NCBI RefSeq assembly: GCF_964213995.1
Contig: NW_027590162.1
Span: 868,001-932,000, forward strand
Origin: Mustelus asterias
Lineage: Eukaryota
Length of the DNA stretch: 64,000 bases
Direction of reading: 5' to 3'
This document shows, one piece after another, positions 13,094-26,094 of the stretch (positions are counted from its first letter, which is position 1; each line of letters begins with the position of its first letter). The notes beneath the pieces were generated by a model. It did no database searches. It was not told where the DNA came from and worked only from the letters and a program-made list of their open reading frames with translations. The position numbers and the translations under genes were made by a program.

Positions 13094-13439
13094 CATATGG
13101 GGTTATATTTAAACCCATCGGAATTCTGCCAGAGATTTCGTAGCGAATCCGCCCCATTGCCTCTTTATGCCCGAAAATTCGCTCTTTAAAACGGTTTTTC
13201 TCCAACTGCTCTTTGAAAAGATTTTGCATCAGATTCCCCAGTTTTTTAGACAGCATATTCAGGATTTACAGAAACTAGCTACCTATGTAAGTAAACATGT
13301 GTTTGCTCACAATATCTTTACTTTTTTAACAAATCATAATGAATCAATGTCCTCATGCAACAGGAACAGTTTATGCCAATTTACTCTATTAAAGCTGTCC
13401 ATGATTTTGAACACCTCCATGAAAACTCCTGTTAACGTG

Positions 13440-14530
13440 CCTGCAGATATCAAAAACTATGAATGCTGGAAGTACAAACTTAATTTTGAAAATCTGGATG
13501 TACACAACAAGTATGCACCTGCGAGGGTAAATAGTGATCAGGTTTAAACTTTCAGATCAACATCCTTTCATCAGCACTGGTGAAAGTTACAAATGTGATC
13601 GAAGATTTTAAGAAAATGCTACAGAGAACGGCAGATGGCAAAAAAAAACAAAAGGGAGGTTTGTGATTGTGTGCAACACACGCGCATAAAATGGCAAACA
13701 GTCTAAAGGAAATAGTAAGAGTACAAGTAAAGATAGTGAGCACTGTGTCGTCAAGAGGGGTGCATGAGTTCCATTGGAGCACTAGAGAAGACCAAGGACA
13801 GAATGATCAGTGTGAGCAAAGCACAGAATTAAAATGATAGGAATTATCACAAATAGTGTGCTACTTGTGGACTGAATGGAAATGTTCCACAATCTGTACA
13901 TCTGTCATCAGAATGTAGAGCAGAGTACATTGTGAGCAGCAAATACAGCACACTACATTTAAATGATTAGTCCAGTAGGATTCATTGAGGGGGTATCTGA
14001 TGAGGAGAAAAGAGGTAAAAGGCCTGTTGTTGCACCTTGACAGGTGCCATGGAAAGTCAAAACGACAAATAGAAGCTGTTAGGAAAGGACTGCGGTATTC
14101 GGAGGGGAAGGAATGTTTGGTGACAGCATCACACAAGCGAGAGGTGGTAAAAATGCTGAGAGCTAATCCATTGAAAAAGTTGGTAATTTAAAGGAGAAAG
14201 CATTATCATAATATAGAGAATATAGAGACGGGGTGAGAGCAGAGGTGTGGGACAAGAGCAGACACAGATGAGTATGCTGTCAGCCACAGAGTGGGGAGAT
14301 CAGTGGCTGAGGAAAAAGGAAGAAATATCAGAATTTCTCAAATGGAAAGCTCCATTATCAGTACGCATTGTTCAAGATCTTAATTATACGGCCAGGAGAA
14401 ATATTGATGTATCTGAACGTTTTATGTTTCAATTTTGTAGAATACATTCAATGCTCACAATGTGGTTTGCTCTGGGTTGGATAGATTGAGTGTCTGCTTT
14501 GTGAAACACCTGTCTTCAGTCAGAATAAAG
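13440..14530 (-). mobile_element. Decayed Penelope-like element (GIY-YIG endonuclease remnant plus terminal repeat)
   Basis: ORF 13861-14136 has NVVCCICCSQCTLLYI...EHFHSVHK, resembling the PLE motif NxVYCIxCxxCxLLYIG...EH. An inverted copy of that segment lies at about 14430-14520, with CTGATGA..GAAA at 13550-13574. Confidence 0.7.
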
Positions 14531-14559
14531 ATTCAAATCCAAGCTTAAACTGAAGTCCC

Positions 14560-16215
14560 AGCTCTAAACAAAGGAAACTCAGAATGTATTACAGGTGAGT
14601 TGGCTAAAATAGATTGGGAAACTCGATGAAGGGGCACGAAGGTGGATAGGCAGTGTCTGATATTTAAGGAAGAAATGCTTGCATTGTAACAGTTGTACAT
14701 TTCCTTCAGTCGCAAAAACATAACAGGAAAAATGACCCAATCATGGCTAATAAAATTAGGTATTATTAGATCTGATGGTGATTTTTATAAAGTTGAAAGA
14801 AAAAGTTGAAACCCGAAGGATTGGGAACAGTTTTTATTTCAGGAAAAGAGGACAAAGAGATTGATTAGAGGGATAAAATGCTGTATGAGAGTGAAATTGC
14901 AAGTCGCTGACAATTGGACTATTAAAGCTTATGTTAGTATGTGAAAAAATATATCGAAGATAAATTTAGGTGCTTTGCATTCGGTTTTGGGCAAATTTAT
15001 AATGGAGAACAAGGAAATGGCAGCGCAATTAAATAAGTGTTTTCATGCTGTCTTCATGGAGGAACACACAAATAACTTCCCAGCAATGCTCGGGAACCAT
15101 GGTCTAGAAATTGGGGGGATTTAATATACTGAAATATATAGTGCTGGAGAAATTAATGGGACTGAGGGCTGCAAAATCTCCAAAGCCCAATAATCTACAT
15201 CACAGGGTTCTAAACGAAGTGGCAATGGGAAGAATGGATCCAACATTCTCTACATTCTTTAACAGTCTAAGCAGTTTGGAGAGTGGAAAATGTAACCCCT
15301 GAGCACAGTTTCACAGCAGAGAGCACAGTTCCACAGCAGAGATCACAGTTTGACAGCAGAGAGCACAGTTCCACAGCAGAGAGTATTTATCCACAACAGG
15401 GAAATGAATTCCACAGCGGAGATCACAGTTCCACAGCAGAGAGCACAGTTCCACAGCAGGGATCAGAGTACCACAGCAGATATCACAGTTCCACAGCAGA
15501 GAGCACAGTTCCACAGCAGGGAGCGCAGTTCCACAGCAGGGAGCGCAGTTCCACAGCAGAGATCACAGTTTGACAGCAGAGAGCACAGTTCCACAGCAGA
15601 GAGTATTTTTCCACAACAGTGAAATGAGTTCCACAGCGGAGATCACAGTTCCACAGCAGAGAGCACAGTTCCACAGCAGGGAGCGCAGTTCCACAGCAGG
15701 GAGCGCAGTTCCACAGCAGGGAGCGCAGTTCCACAGCAGGGAGCGCAGTTCCACAGCAGAGATCACAGTTTGACAGCAGAGAGCACAGTTCCACAGCAGA
15801 GAGTATTTTTCCACAACAGTGAAATGAGTTCCACAGCGGAGATCACAGTTCCACAGCAGGGAGCGCAGTTCCACAGCAGGGAGCGCAGTTCCACAGCAGA
15901 GAGCACAGTTCCACAGCAGAGAGCACAGTTCCACAGCAGAGATCACAGTTCCACAGCAGCGAGCACAGTTCCACAGCACTGAGAACTTTTCCACAACAGG
16001 GAAAAGAGTTCCACAGCAGAGATCACAGTTCCACAGCAGAAAGTACAGTTCCACAGCAGGGATCACAGTTCCACAGCAGGGATCACAGTTCCGTAGCAGA
16101 GATCACAGTTCCACAGCAGAGATCGCAGTTCCAGAGCAGAGGATCTATTTAGAAACAAGGAAGCAGAATTAAACAAGAAGAAGAAGGTTAGAAACAGGAG
16201 ACATCTTGGGATTTA
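14560..16215 (+). mobile_element. Old CR1 remnant interrupted by the 20-bp minisatellite
   Basis: Decayed VLEKLMGLRAAKSPKPNNLHHRVLNE; the ENVTP|LF motif is split by the repeat array. Confidence 0.75.
15301..16140 (+). repeat. 20-bp minisatellite, 42 units
   Basis: GAGCACAGTTCCACAGCAGA in exact 20-bp register with no indels. Confidence 0.98.
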
Positions 16216-16435
16216 CATTAATGACCACTCAGTCCATTCTCCTTTGCCTGTGTGTGATCTTGTGTATCCTGACTATCTGTCGCTTCGTCTGTGTGTCGTT
16301 CTGTGTTTTCCATTCTTGGTGACAGTGGAATTGTGGCGCCAGGGGGAGCAGCCGAGCGCATACACTCCAATGATGAACACGGAAGTGAATACCTGTGACA
16401 CATTCACAATAGTTCGCAGGCGATTTTAATTGTGT

Positions 16436-16507
16436 AGTAGAGTGGCGCAGCGGAAGCGTGCTGGGCCCATAACCCAGAGGTCGATGGATCGAAACCATTC
16501 TCTGCTA
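16436..16507 (+). tRNA. tRNA-iMet-CAT: Initiator tRNA-Met (CAT)
   Basis: 72 nt AGTAGAGTGGCGCAGCGGAAGCGTGCTGGGCCCATAACCCAGAGGTCGATGGATCGAAACCATTCTCTGCTA. Has A1:U72, the AUCG T-loop, three G:C anticodon-stem pairs and a TTTT terminator at 16513-16516. Two C>T changes from the usual vertebrate sequence. Confidence 0.93.
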
Positions 16508-17688
16508 TTAGGTTTTGAGCAACAGCAAAAATAATTCCTCAGCGGCTCCTTCAAAATGATTTGACATTTCCGCCCAGGATGCTGTAATTTTCTTCCGCTT
16601 CTCGCTACTCGTTAACATTTGAATGATCGCTGAAATGCCATTTACTCACACACGGACACAAGCTGTAAATGTTGCAAAGATACACAAGCCAAGGTTTGTC
16701 CCTTTCAGCCCGTTTCTCCCAAACAGCTGACACAGGCGTGATGATCCGAATGATCTTGAATTATTCACCATCACTCTATGATTGTCCGAATAGAAAAAAA
16801 GCTATTTTCTTCAATGAAAACAATCTAGTGACGTTGAGACATATTAGCTGCACTATTTCTGATCTCCGGGGCACTCTGCAGTAAGCCACCATGCTTATAT
16901 GGGCAGCAGCGTGCTCCCTGTGACATGTACTATTGAGAAGGACAAGAATATCAGCACAGCGGACACAGCATCCCGTTAAAAACAGAGTTAATCCTTATTT
17001 GGACAGAAATCACTATTTTTTTCTTAATTACTGGTTTAAAACATGAAATTCAGTTCCCAAACTCACCATAAACTGAGAAAGTGAAGTTTCCTTTCTTCAG
17101 GTTTGCACATTGCTTACACATTGTATGAAATACTTTTTTCAGTCTCTCTGATTGTTCCCTTGATTCGCCTCTTCACAGCTGGACGGATTTTAACGTGTTC
17201 AGTTTACAACACATTTCACCTTTCTCGGCCTTACTTCAGGTCAAAACTGTGACCTGCGTGTGTCCTTTCTCCACGCACTGAATGTCTGCCTCTAACATAT
17301 TGTGGTCACTCAGTGTTTGATGTTTATTTACTGTCAGATTATTAATTAATCCTACTCCTGCCTCATTACTGAAATTCGTGGAACCTTTTGTCTTGTGCTT
17401 TCCAAAGCAAGGTGGAGGGCAGGAGTGATTAAGTAATAAAAGAATTGGTGCTGCAAGGCTAAAGGGAGTGGGAAAGGAACAAGTAACAGCAAACAGAGAT
17501 GTGTCTGAAGGAGGTGTGAATTGAAGAATGACGAACAACTGCCAGCTGAAAGCAAAATCAAGAGAAAATATAGATGAAAACCAAAAATCAAAATAAAATG
17601 GAATCAATTATGACGGTTACTATCATATTAGAAATACGGGCAGGAGTCAGGCCATTCAGCCCCTCAGTCCTGCACCATCATTCAAGAA

Positions 17689-18020
17689 GGGGAGGCGATG
17701 GTCTCGTGGTATCATCGCTAGACTATTAATCTGGAAACTCAGCTAATGTTCTGGGGACCCAGGTTCGAAACCCTCCACAGCAGATGGTAGAATTTGATTT
17801 CAATCAAAAGTAATTTGAAAATAAGAATCTAGTGATGGCGATGGAACCATTGTTGGAAAAATCCATCTGGTTCACTAATGTGCTTTAGGGCAGGAAATCT
17901 GATGAAATTACCTTGTGTGGCCTACATGTGACTTCAGAGCGACAGCAATGTGGTTGACTCGATACGTGGATGGGTAATAAATGCTGGCCAGTGATGCGCA
18001 CATTCTATGAATGGACCAAG
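17689..18020 (+). mobile_element. Second tRNA-derived SINE family (non-V core)
   Basis: GGGGAGGCGATGG...GGTTCGAAACC head, core CCATCTGGTTCACTAATG...GGCCTACATGTGACT, and tail AATAAATGCTGGCC. Confidence 0.8.
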
Positions 18021-18199
18021 GAAAAAGATCATAACTAAAATAATTGTGGCTGCAATTCGACTTTTCGAACTTTTGCAGCAACCATTCACTCCCTTGTATA
18101 ATCTGTCTAATTCAGCCTAGAACATATTCAATGATCCAGTCTCAACTGTTGTCTGGGGAAGGGAATTCCACTGACTAACTATCCTCTGAGATGAGATGA

Positions 18200-20105
18200 G
18201 AGTGACTGCCCTTGAGATCAAAACAGGATTTGACCGAGTTCAGCATCAAGGATCCTCAGCAAAAGCAAAGTCGATGGGAATCATGGAAACCTCTCCACTG
18301 GTTGGAACTTGATCCAGCATAAAGCCAGATGGTTGCGGTGGTCAGTCATTTCATCCTCAGGAGACCATTTCCCGAGTTTGTCAAGTTACTGTCCCAGACC
18401 CTTCCACCATAAGGTTAGAATTGGAGATGCTCGCTGATGACTGTGCAATGTTTAGCACCATTCAGGACTCTTCAGTTACCGAAGCAGCCCATTCCCAAAT
18501 GCAGCAAGAACTGGACAGTATCCAAGCTTGGGCTGAGATGTGGCAAATAACAATCACACCACACATGTACCAGACAAAGACCATTTCCAGCAAGAGAGAA
18601 TCTAACCATTGTCCCTTGACATTAAATGAAATTATATCTGTTCTGGGACCCTTGCTGTTTGTCATTTTCATAAATGACCTGGATGAGGAAGTGGAGGGAT
18701 GGGTTGGTAAGTTTGCTGACGACACCAAGGTAGGTGGTGTTGTGGATAGTTTGGAGGGATGTCAGAAGTTGCAGCGAGACATAGATAGAATGCAAGACTG
18801 GGCGGAGAAGTGGCAGATGGACTTCAACCCGGATAAGTGTGTGGTGATCCATTTTGGCAGATCCAATGGGATGGAGCAGCAGTATAAAATGAAGGGTACC
18901 ATTCTTAGCAGTGTAGAGGATCAGAAGGACCTTGGGGTCCGGGTCCATAGGACTCTTAAATCGGCCTCGCAGGTGGAGGATGCGGTCAAGAAGGCGTATG
19001 GCGTACTAGCCTTCATTAATCGAGGGATTGGGTTTAGGAGTCGGGAGATAATGCTGCAGCTTTATAGGACCCTGGTTAGACCCCACTTGGAGTACTGCGC
19101 GCAGTTCTGGTCACCTCATTACAGGAAAGATGTTGAAGCCATTGAAAGGGTGCAGAGGAGATTTACAAGGATGTTGCCTGGATTGGGGGGCATGCCTTAT
19201 GAGGATAGGTTGAGGGAGCTTGGTCTCTTCTCCCTGGAGAGACGAAGGATGAGAGGTGACCTGATAGAGGTTTACAAGATGTTGAGGGGTCTGGATAGGG
19301 TGGACTCTCAGAGGCTATTTCCAAGGGCTGAAATGGTTGCTACGAGAGGACACAGGTTTAAGGTGCTGGGGGGTAGGTACAGGGGGGATGTCAGGGGTAA
19401 GTTTTTCACTCAGAGGGTGGTGGGTGAGTGGAATCGGCTGACGTCGGTGGTGGTGGAGGCAAACTCGTTGGGGTCTTTTAAGAGACTTCTGGATGAGTAC
19501 ATGGGATTTAATGGGATTGAGGGCTATAGATAGGCCTAGAGGTGGGGATGTGATCGGCGCAACTTGTGGGCCGAAGGGCCTGTTTGTGCTGTGGCTTTCT
19601 ATGTTCTATGTTCTATATCAATATCTTTGTGATTACCTTCAATTGGACTAGCGATGTAATACAAGGGCTACAAGGCAGGTCAGAGACACAGAATCACATG
19701 GTGAGTAACAAAGATCCTGACTGCCAAACACTGTTCACCATCTACCAGGCACAAATCAGGAGTATGATGGATTAATCTCCACTTGCCTGGGTTAATGCAG
19801 CACCAGCAACACTCAAGAGGTTTGACACCATCCCGGACAAAGCATCCCTCATGATTGACATCCCATCTGTAAACACACATGCCCTTGACCACTGACACAC
19901 AGTGGCAGCAGTACTTACTACCTCCAAGATGAGCTACTGGAACTCACAAATGTTCCTTCAGTAGCATCTTTCAAACCAAAGAGCACTACCGTCTAGAGAA
20001 GGACAAGAACAGTTGACTCATGGAAACACCATTAAATGGATCTTCCCCTCCAAGTCACTTACCATTCTCACTTGGGAATATATCGCTGTTCCTTCATTGT
20101 GGCTG
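18200..20105 (+). mobile_element. Old LINE remnant of a different family hosting the 18639 CR1
   Basis: Decayed RT (MLADDCAMFSTI...WAEMWQ) before the insert continues after 19620. Confidence 0.7.
18639..19613 (+). mobile_element. Young 5'-truncated CR1 with open ORF2 C-terminus
   Basis: [21 protein letters not shown] is open to the stop at 19533; (TTCTATG)n tail; TSD TATATC (18633-18638 / 19614-19619). Confidence 0.94.
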
Positions 20106-21861
20106 GATTCATTCTGTATCTGTCATTCTCTGGTGCAATATATCTGTACCATATGCCATATGTATCTTGCATTTTTTGCTGCAGGATGCATGTTGCATCA
20201 TTATTTGAACCTGTGTTTGGAACAGTAGTTGAGCAAGGGATTTTGTCTATCAGTTACTTTCTGATACTGCAAGTGAATTTGGGACTCATTCTGAATCTCT
20301 TAAGAATAGCATGTGTGAACATTCAAAATCTGAGCAGGAATAGACCACTCGAGTCTGCTCCTCCATTCTATAACATCATGGCTGATCTGATTTGAACATC
20401 GAATCCACACTCCTGCCTAACCTTAATACCTTTTACCTCTTTGCTTATCAACAATCTATCTACCTTTGGTTTAAAGACTCAATTTCAGTTAGTGTGTGTG
20501 TTTGTGTGTGTGACCATCAGTCAGTGCTATTGTATATGAATTTAAACACAATTCTGAATAGGAATCTTTCTGGTACCACACGAGTGCAGTATTCAGTATT
20601 CTCTGAAATTGTATGAGTTTGGCAGGCATTCTGATCTGTCACAAAGATGGAATATTAGGGTAGGATTTATGTTTCTCTCTCTGGTACCATACGTGATTTG
20701 GGGTTCATTCAGCATCTGAGTATATCTGCTGCTGTTTCTAAAGGGTGCAAATCATGTGTATTGGTCAGACTGTCATGTGTGTGAGTGTGGGATCATTCTG
20801 AATCTGTCACTGGTACTCAGTGTCTAGGATACTGCTATGTAAGTGTGATAATCAGATGTAACTTTCAGTCCCTGGTGCTCTATGTGCAGCATGAGATTCA
20901 TTCATCTAACACTGAGCACATGTTTGAGAATTATCGTGTGTATGTCAGAGTCTATGACTCAATGTGAGCATGGGATTCATCATGTAATCTTCAATCTATT
21001 TATAAGTTTGGATTCATTCTATATAAATTTCCAGCAAAACAACAGGCCACTGATGTGGTAGGTTTGAAGCAAACAATGTATGTGAATTTCGGCCCAACAT
21101 TAAATCTGTGTCACTCTGAACACAATTGTGAAAGATAATGTATCCTTCAATCTGATGCTGGATTGCTATGCAAGCTTCACTCAGGTTGTTCACACTGATT
21201 TGATCTGTGACACTCAGCCTGATTCTGAGGAAGAATTTTGACATGAATGTAAAAGGAAACTCAGTCTGGAATTCATATAGTGTCGTCCATCTGGCTCAGT
21301 GTGAGTGGGGAGTTAGGATTAGTTAATAAGCTATAGTTCAATTCAAAGTAATCAAATTGATATTGTAACTTTAAGTTTCATAATCTGGGTGAGTTTTCAA
21401 CTGGAATCTGAATTTGTATCTCAGGTTATACTCGCTCTCAGAATATCTCAATCTGAGAATGTATTTGAGATGAGGCTTCGTATCGAATGTATTTGTGAGG
21501 ATACAAACTATGGGCCACTTTTAAACCCCTGATGTGGGTGGTATTTAACTCGAATCTCAGTGTACATTGTTAAGGTGCATTGTGTAACTTTTAACCGAAA
21601 ACCATTTGTCAGTTTGATCAGATATTGAATTTGGAGCTGTGGCTGCTCTATTGTGGGATTGACACAGTGATGATCCAATATTAGGTGAGAATTTGGACTG
21701 GGATTTATGGATTCCCCTATCAATGGCACTGAGTTTGTTTTGATGTATTGGTATACAGTGAAAGGTATTGCTTCTTGCGTAAAACGGACGAATCATACCG
21801 TTCATAGAGTAGAGGGGAGAAGGAAAGGAGAGGGTGCAGACTGTAGTGTTAAAAATTCATT

Positions 21862-21937
21862 TACCAGGAGTGGGGTTCGAACCCACGCAGACATATGTCC
21901 ATTGGATCTTAAGCCTTAACCACTCGGCCATTCTGGT
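21862..21937 (-). pseudogene. tRNA-Leu-TAA: tRNA-Leu(TAA) pseudogene with a 7-nt deletion in the anticodon arm
   Basis: ACCAGAATGGCCGAGTGGTTAAGG[CGTTGGA missing]CTTAAGATCCAATGGACATATGTCTGCGTGGGTTCGAACCCCACTCCTGGTA. A and B boxes and the T5 terminator (21851-21855) are intact. Confidence 0.9.
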
Positions 21938-23213
21938 ACGAGAACTAACTGTCAAATAGGCACAACATCTGTCTCTCCTGCTGTTTGGGTCTGTGGAATT
22001 GATCAGCTGTCTGTGTCTCTGAGCTGTCAGTGACAATGTACGGACTGTGTGTGAGAAGGAGTTGGCGACAATTTCCCCTGTAACTTGTGTGGAGGAAATA
22101 TCACGTTTGTTTTGGATCGGTCAAATATTTGTCTGTGGAAACAAAGTACATTTAATATCTCAAATACAGATTCCGTCAGTTTAATCTCTATTAATAATCA
22201 TTATGAGCGGTTTGTGAGGCTGCAGCCAGACTCGAGCTCTGATTGGCCCCTCACATTTCAATCACATTCTTAACCAATCGGAGAGCCAGGGAGAAGAAAT
22301 GGGAGGTTTTGATTGGTTCACATTTTCAAATTGGAAAAACCCGCCAATTTCAGTGCAGGAAAAATACAAAATAACGGAACGCCTGAATGTTCAGGAAACT
22401 ATTTCAATCTCACACTTTATAATCTGTTTATTGTATTTTCCCTCACAGAATCCTGGCGCTATTTTAGGAACAGTTTGAATTTCTCAATCTCTTATCTGTA
22501 ACCCGCGGTAATCAGACCTCGTTCAGCAATTTAAAACTTAGCAAATCTCAGCTCAGTGGAAAAGCAGAAACAGAGAGATTACCAACCAACCCCTTCACAC
22601 AGGCTTCACAGGGACAGAGGGAAACGGCTGATTTCTGATCCTCTCCCCTGAAAGCGGCCGGGAATGTTACAATGGGAAGTGCGGAGAGAATCCCCGGCCC
22701 GATCCCGCCGGTGGAACAGGCAGCTTTGTGACCGGAGAATAGGGAGCGCCGGGGGGAGGCAGATCTTAAAGCGCTGCAATGGACTCAGGTCCTGTGTGTG
22801 CACAGATCTGGCTGATTCCGTCCTCTGGGAAAGCTGCGGAATAAACAGATCAGCCCGAGAATAACCTCTTCATTCCCGCCTTTACTCTGTTGCGGGAGCT
22901 GCTCCCAGATCACCCGAGAAAAAAAAATTAATTCAGGGTCGTGAAACTCTGAATATAGTGATAAATAAATTTAAATAATTACCTCCTGATATTCTTTCTC
23001 CCCATTGTCCGTGACAAGCCCCAGACTGGGATTTAAAGTACGCTCTCAGTTCAGTTTGATTGTCCCTTCAATGTGAAAGTGTGTGTAAGGGGCGGGTATG
23101 AAGTCCCATTCACAGCATTCTGCACCGGGACAAATCTCTATCCTCCAGAAATACATTTCTCATTCACTCAATAAGGGAAAAGATGGCGCAGCTTTTTCAC
23201 AGAGATTGTGGGT

Positions 23214-23229
23214 GGCTCTTAAAAGAGCC
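23214..23229 (-). promoter_or_regulatory. Histone 3' stem-loop of the H2B fragment
   Basis: GGCTCT-TTTA-AGAGCC then ACCCA, with HDE-like GAAAAAGCTG at about 23189-23198. Confidence 0.95.
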
Positions 23230-23264
23230 GTTGTGTTTGGGGTGTTTTCAGTCCATGGGGAGTT

Positions 23265-23357
<93 letters not shown>

Positions 23358-24009
23358 CTACCCTGTCCAGTCTCCTCAGATTCTTCAATATGATCATCTC
23401 TCATTCTTCTCAACTTCTATGATATTAGCTTAACTTGATTAAACCTTCCTCATAAGATGACTCCTTCATCTTAGCAATCAACCAAGTGAATCTTCATTGC
23501 CTACAATACAAGTGTTTCCCTCTTTAAATCAGAGAAAGCATATAAACGTGTAGACTCAGCAATGCCATGTATTTGCAGCAACATTTCCCTACTTTTATAC
23601 TCCACATATGTACTTATAATTACAGTTAGATCCTCTGTACTGTAACATTCTGCTGTCTCTTCCTCTAATTAAATAATGTTCTGCCTTCCAATTCTTCCCA
23701 CTGAAGTGGAAAGCCTCACTCTTTCCTACATTGTATCCTACCTGCCAGATTTGTGTCCACTCACTTTAACCTCTCTATATCCCCTTGCAGACTTTTTGTG
23801 TCCTCCTCACAACCTGCTTTCCCACTTACCTATATATTGCCTGAAAATTTGGTGTTGATCTGTCCCTTCATCTGGGTCATTAGTATAGATTGTAAATAGC
23901 TGAGAACCCAGCACTGATCCCTGTGGCTCTCTACTAGCAGCAGTTTGCTAAGCTGACAGTGACCAACTTCCATACAGTAACAGAGACTGACAGTTAATTG
24001 CATACATTA

Positions 24010-25630
24010 TTAATAGATAGCTAGGGAGTTATTTCCACAATCACACAGTAATAGATTGAGAGAGAGTTAATTCCACATTCACACTCAGTAATAGTTTGAG
24101 AGGGAGTTAATTACACAAACACAGTAATTGGTTGAGAGAGTGTCAATTTCACACTCTCACACTGTAACATATTGAGAGAGAGTTACATCCACACTCTCAC
24201 ACAGTAATAGATTGAGATAGAGTTCTTCCATCCTCACACACAACAATACAGTGAGAGACAGTTAATTCCACGCTCGCACACAGTGCAATAGATTGAGAGA
24301 GAGTCAATTCCACACTGACACACAGTAATAGATTGAGAGTTAATTCCACACTGAAACACAGTAATAGTTTGAGAGAGAGTTAATTACACACTCACACAGT
24401 GATAGATTGAGAGATTATTCATTGCACACTCGCACACAGTAATAGATTGAGAGAGATAATTCCACACTCTCTCACAATTCAATTCAGAGGGTGTTAATTC
24501 CACACACACACACTAACAGATTGAGATGGTTAATTCCACACTATCACATAGTAATAGATTGAGAGAGAGTTAATTCCACACACTCTCAGGAATAGATTGA
24601 GAGGGAGTTAATTCCACACTCATGCATAGTAATAGATGGGAGTTAATTCCACCCTCTCACACAGTAATAGATTGAGAGAGAATTAATTCCACACTCACAC
24701 TCAGTAATCGATTGAGAGAGAGTTAATTCCACACACTCTCAGGAATAGATTGAGAGGGAGTTAATTCCACACTCGCACCTAGTAATAGATGTGAGTTAAT
24801 ACCACCCTCTCACACAGTAATAGATTGAGAGAGTATTATTTGCACACTCGCACTCAGTAATAGATTGAGAGATAGTTAATTCCACACTCACACTCAGTAA
24901 TAGATTGTGAGAGAGTTAATTCCACACTGACAGAGCAATAGATTGAGAGAGAGTTAATTCCATACTGACAGAGCAATAGATTGAGAGAGAGTTAATTCCA
25001 AAATCACACAGTGATAGATTGCAAGAGAGTTAATTCAACACACACACAGCAATAGATTGAGAGAGCTACTTCCACAATCACACAGAGGAATAGATTGAGA
25101 GAGAGTTAATTCCACACACACGCACACATGCACACACAGTAATAGGATAGAGTTAATTCCACACTCACATACAATAATAGATTGAGAGAGTTAATTCTGC
25201 ACAGTAATGGATAAAGTATTAGAAGAGAGTCATTTCCACACTCACACACAGTAATAGAGTGAGGGAGTTAATTCTACACTCACACACTAATAGATTGAGA
25301 GAGTTAATTCGACACTCATACACAGTAATAGACTGACAGAGGGTTAATTACACACTCACACACCTTAATAGATTGAGAGAGAATTAATTCTACACACAGT
25401 AACAGATTGAGAGAGTGATAATTCTACACTCTCACATAGTAATAGATTGTCAGAGAGTTACTGCCACACTCTCACATAGTAATAGATTGAGAGAGAGTTT
25501 CTGCCACACTGACACACAGTAGTAGATTGAGACAATTATAATTGCCGCTCTCACACACGAATGGATTGAGAGAGTCAACTCCACACACACACACAGTAAT
25601 AGATTGAGAGAGAGTTAGTTCCACACACAC
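24010..25630 (-). repeat. ~40-bp satellite array, inverted orientation
   Basis: About 40 units of CACAGTAATAGATTGAGAGAGAGTTAATTCCACAC. Confidence 0.95.
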
Positions 25631-25641
25631 CCTAGGGAATT

Positions 25642-25985
25642 GGGGCGGCACGGTAGCACAGTGGTTAGCACTGCTGCTTCACAGCTCCAGGGACCTGGGT
25701 TCGATTCCTGGCTTGGGTCAGTGTCTGTGTGGAGTTTGCACATTCTCCTCGTGTCTGCATGGGTTTCCTCTGGGTGCTCCGGTTTCCTCCCACAGTCCAA
25801 TGATGTGCAGGTTAGGTTGATTGGCCATGCTAAAATTGCCGCTTCGTGTCCCGAGATGCGTAGGTTAGAGGGATTAGCGGGTAAATATGTCGGGATAAGG
25901 GGGTAGGGCCGGGATGGGATTGTGGTCGGTGCAGACTCGATGGGCCAAATGGCCTCTTTCTGCACTATAGGGCTTCTATGATTCT
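25642..25985 (+). mobile_element. HE1-type SINE, full length
   Basis: Near-identical head and core to 7372; sits at the end of the minus-strand satellite array. Confidence 0.92.
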
Positions 25986-26094
25986 GAAGGGATACAGGCC
26001 GAATGCAGGCAATTGAGACTAGCTTAGTGGTATAAACAGGGCAGCTTGGACAAGTCGGGCCAAAGAGCTGTTTCCATGCTGTAAACCTCTATGA

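Noticed and set aside
18421-19533. 370-aa ORF with two xADD motifs, suggesting a novel double-RT protein
   Set aside because: It is a chance in-frame fusion of an old LINE with a younger CR1 inserted at about 18639 (TSD TATATC).
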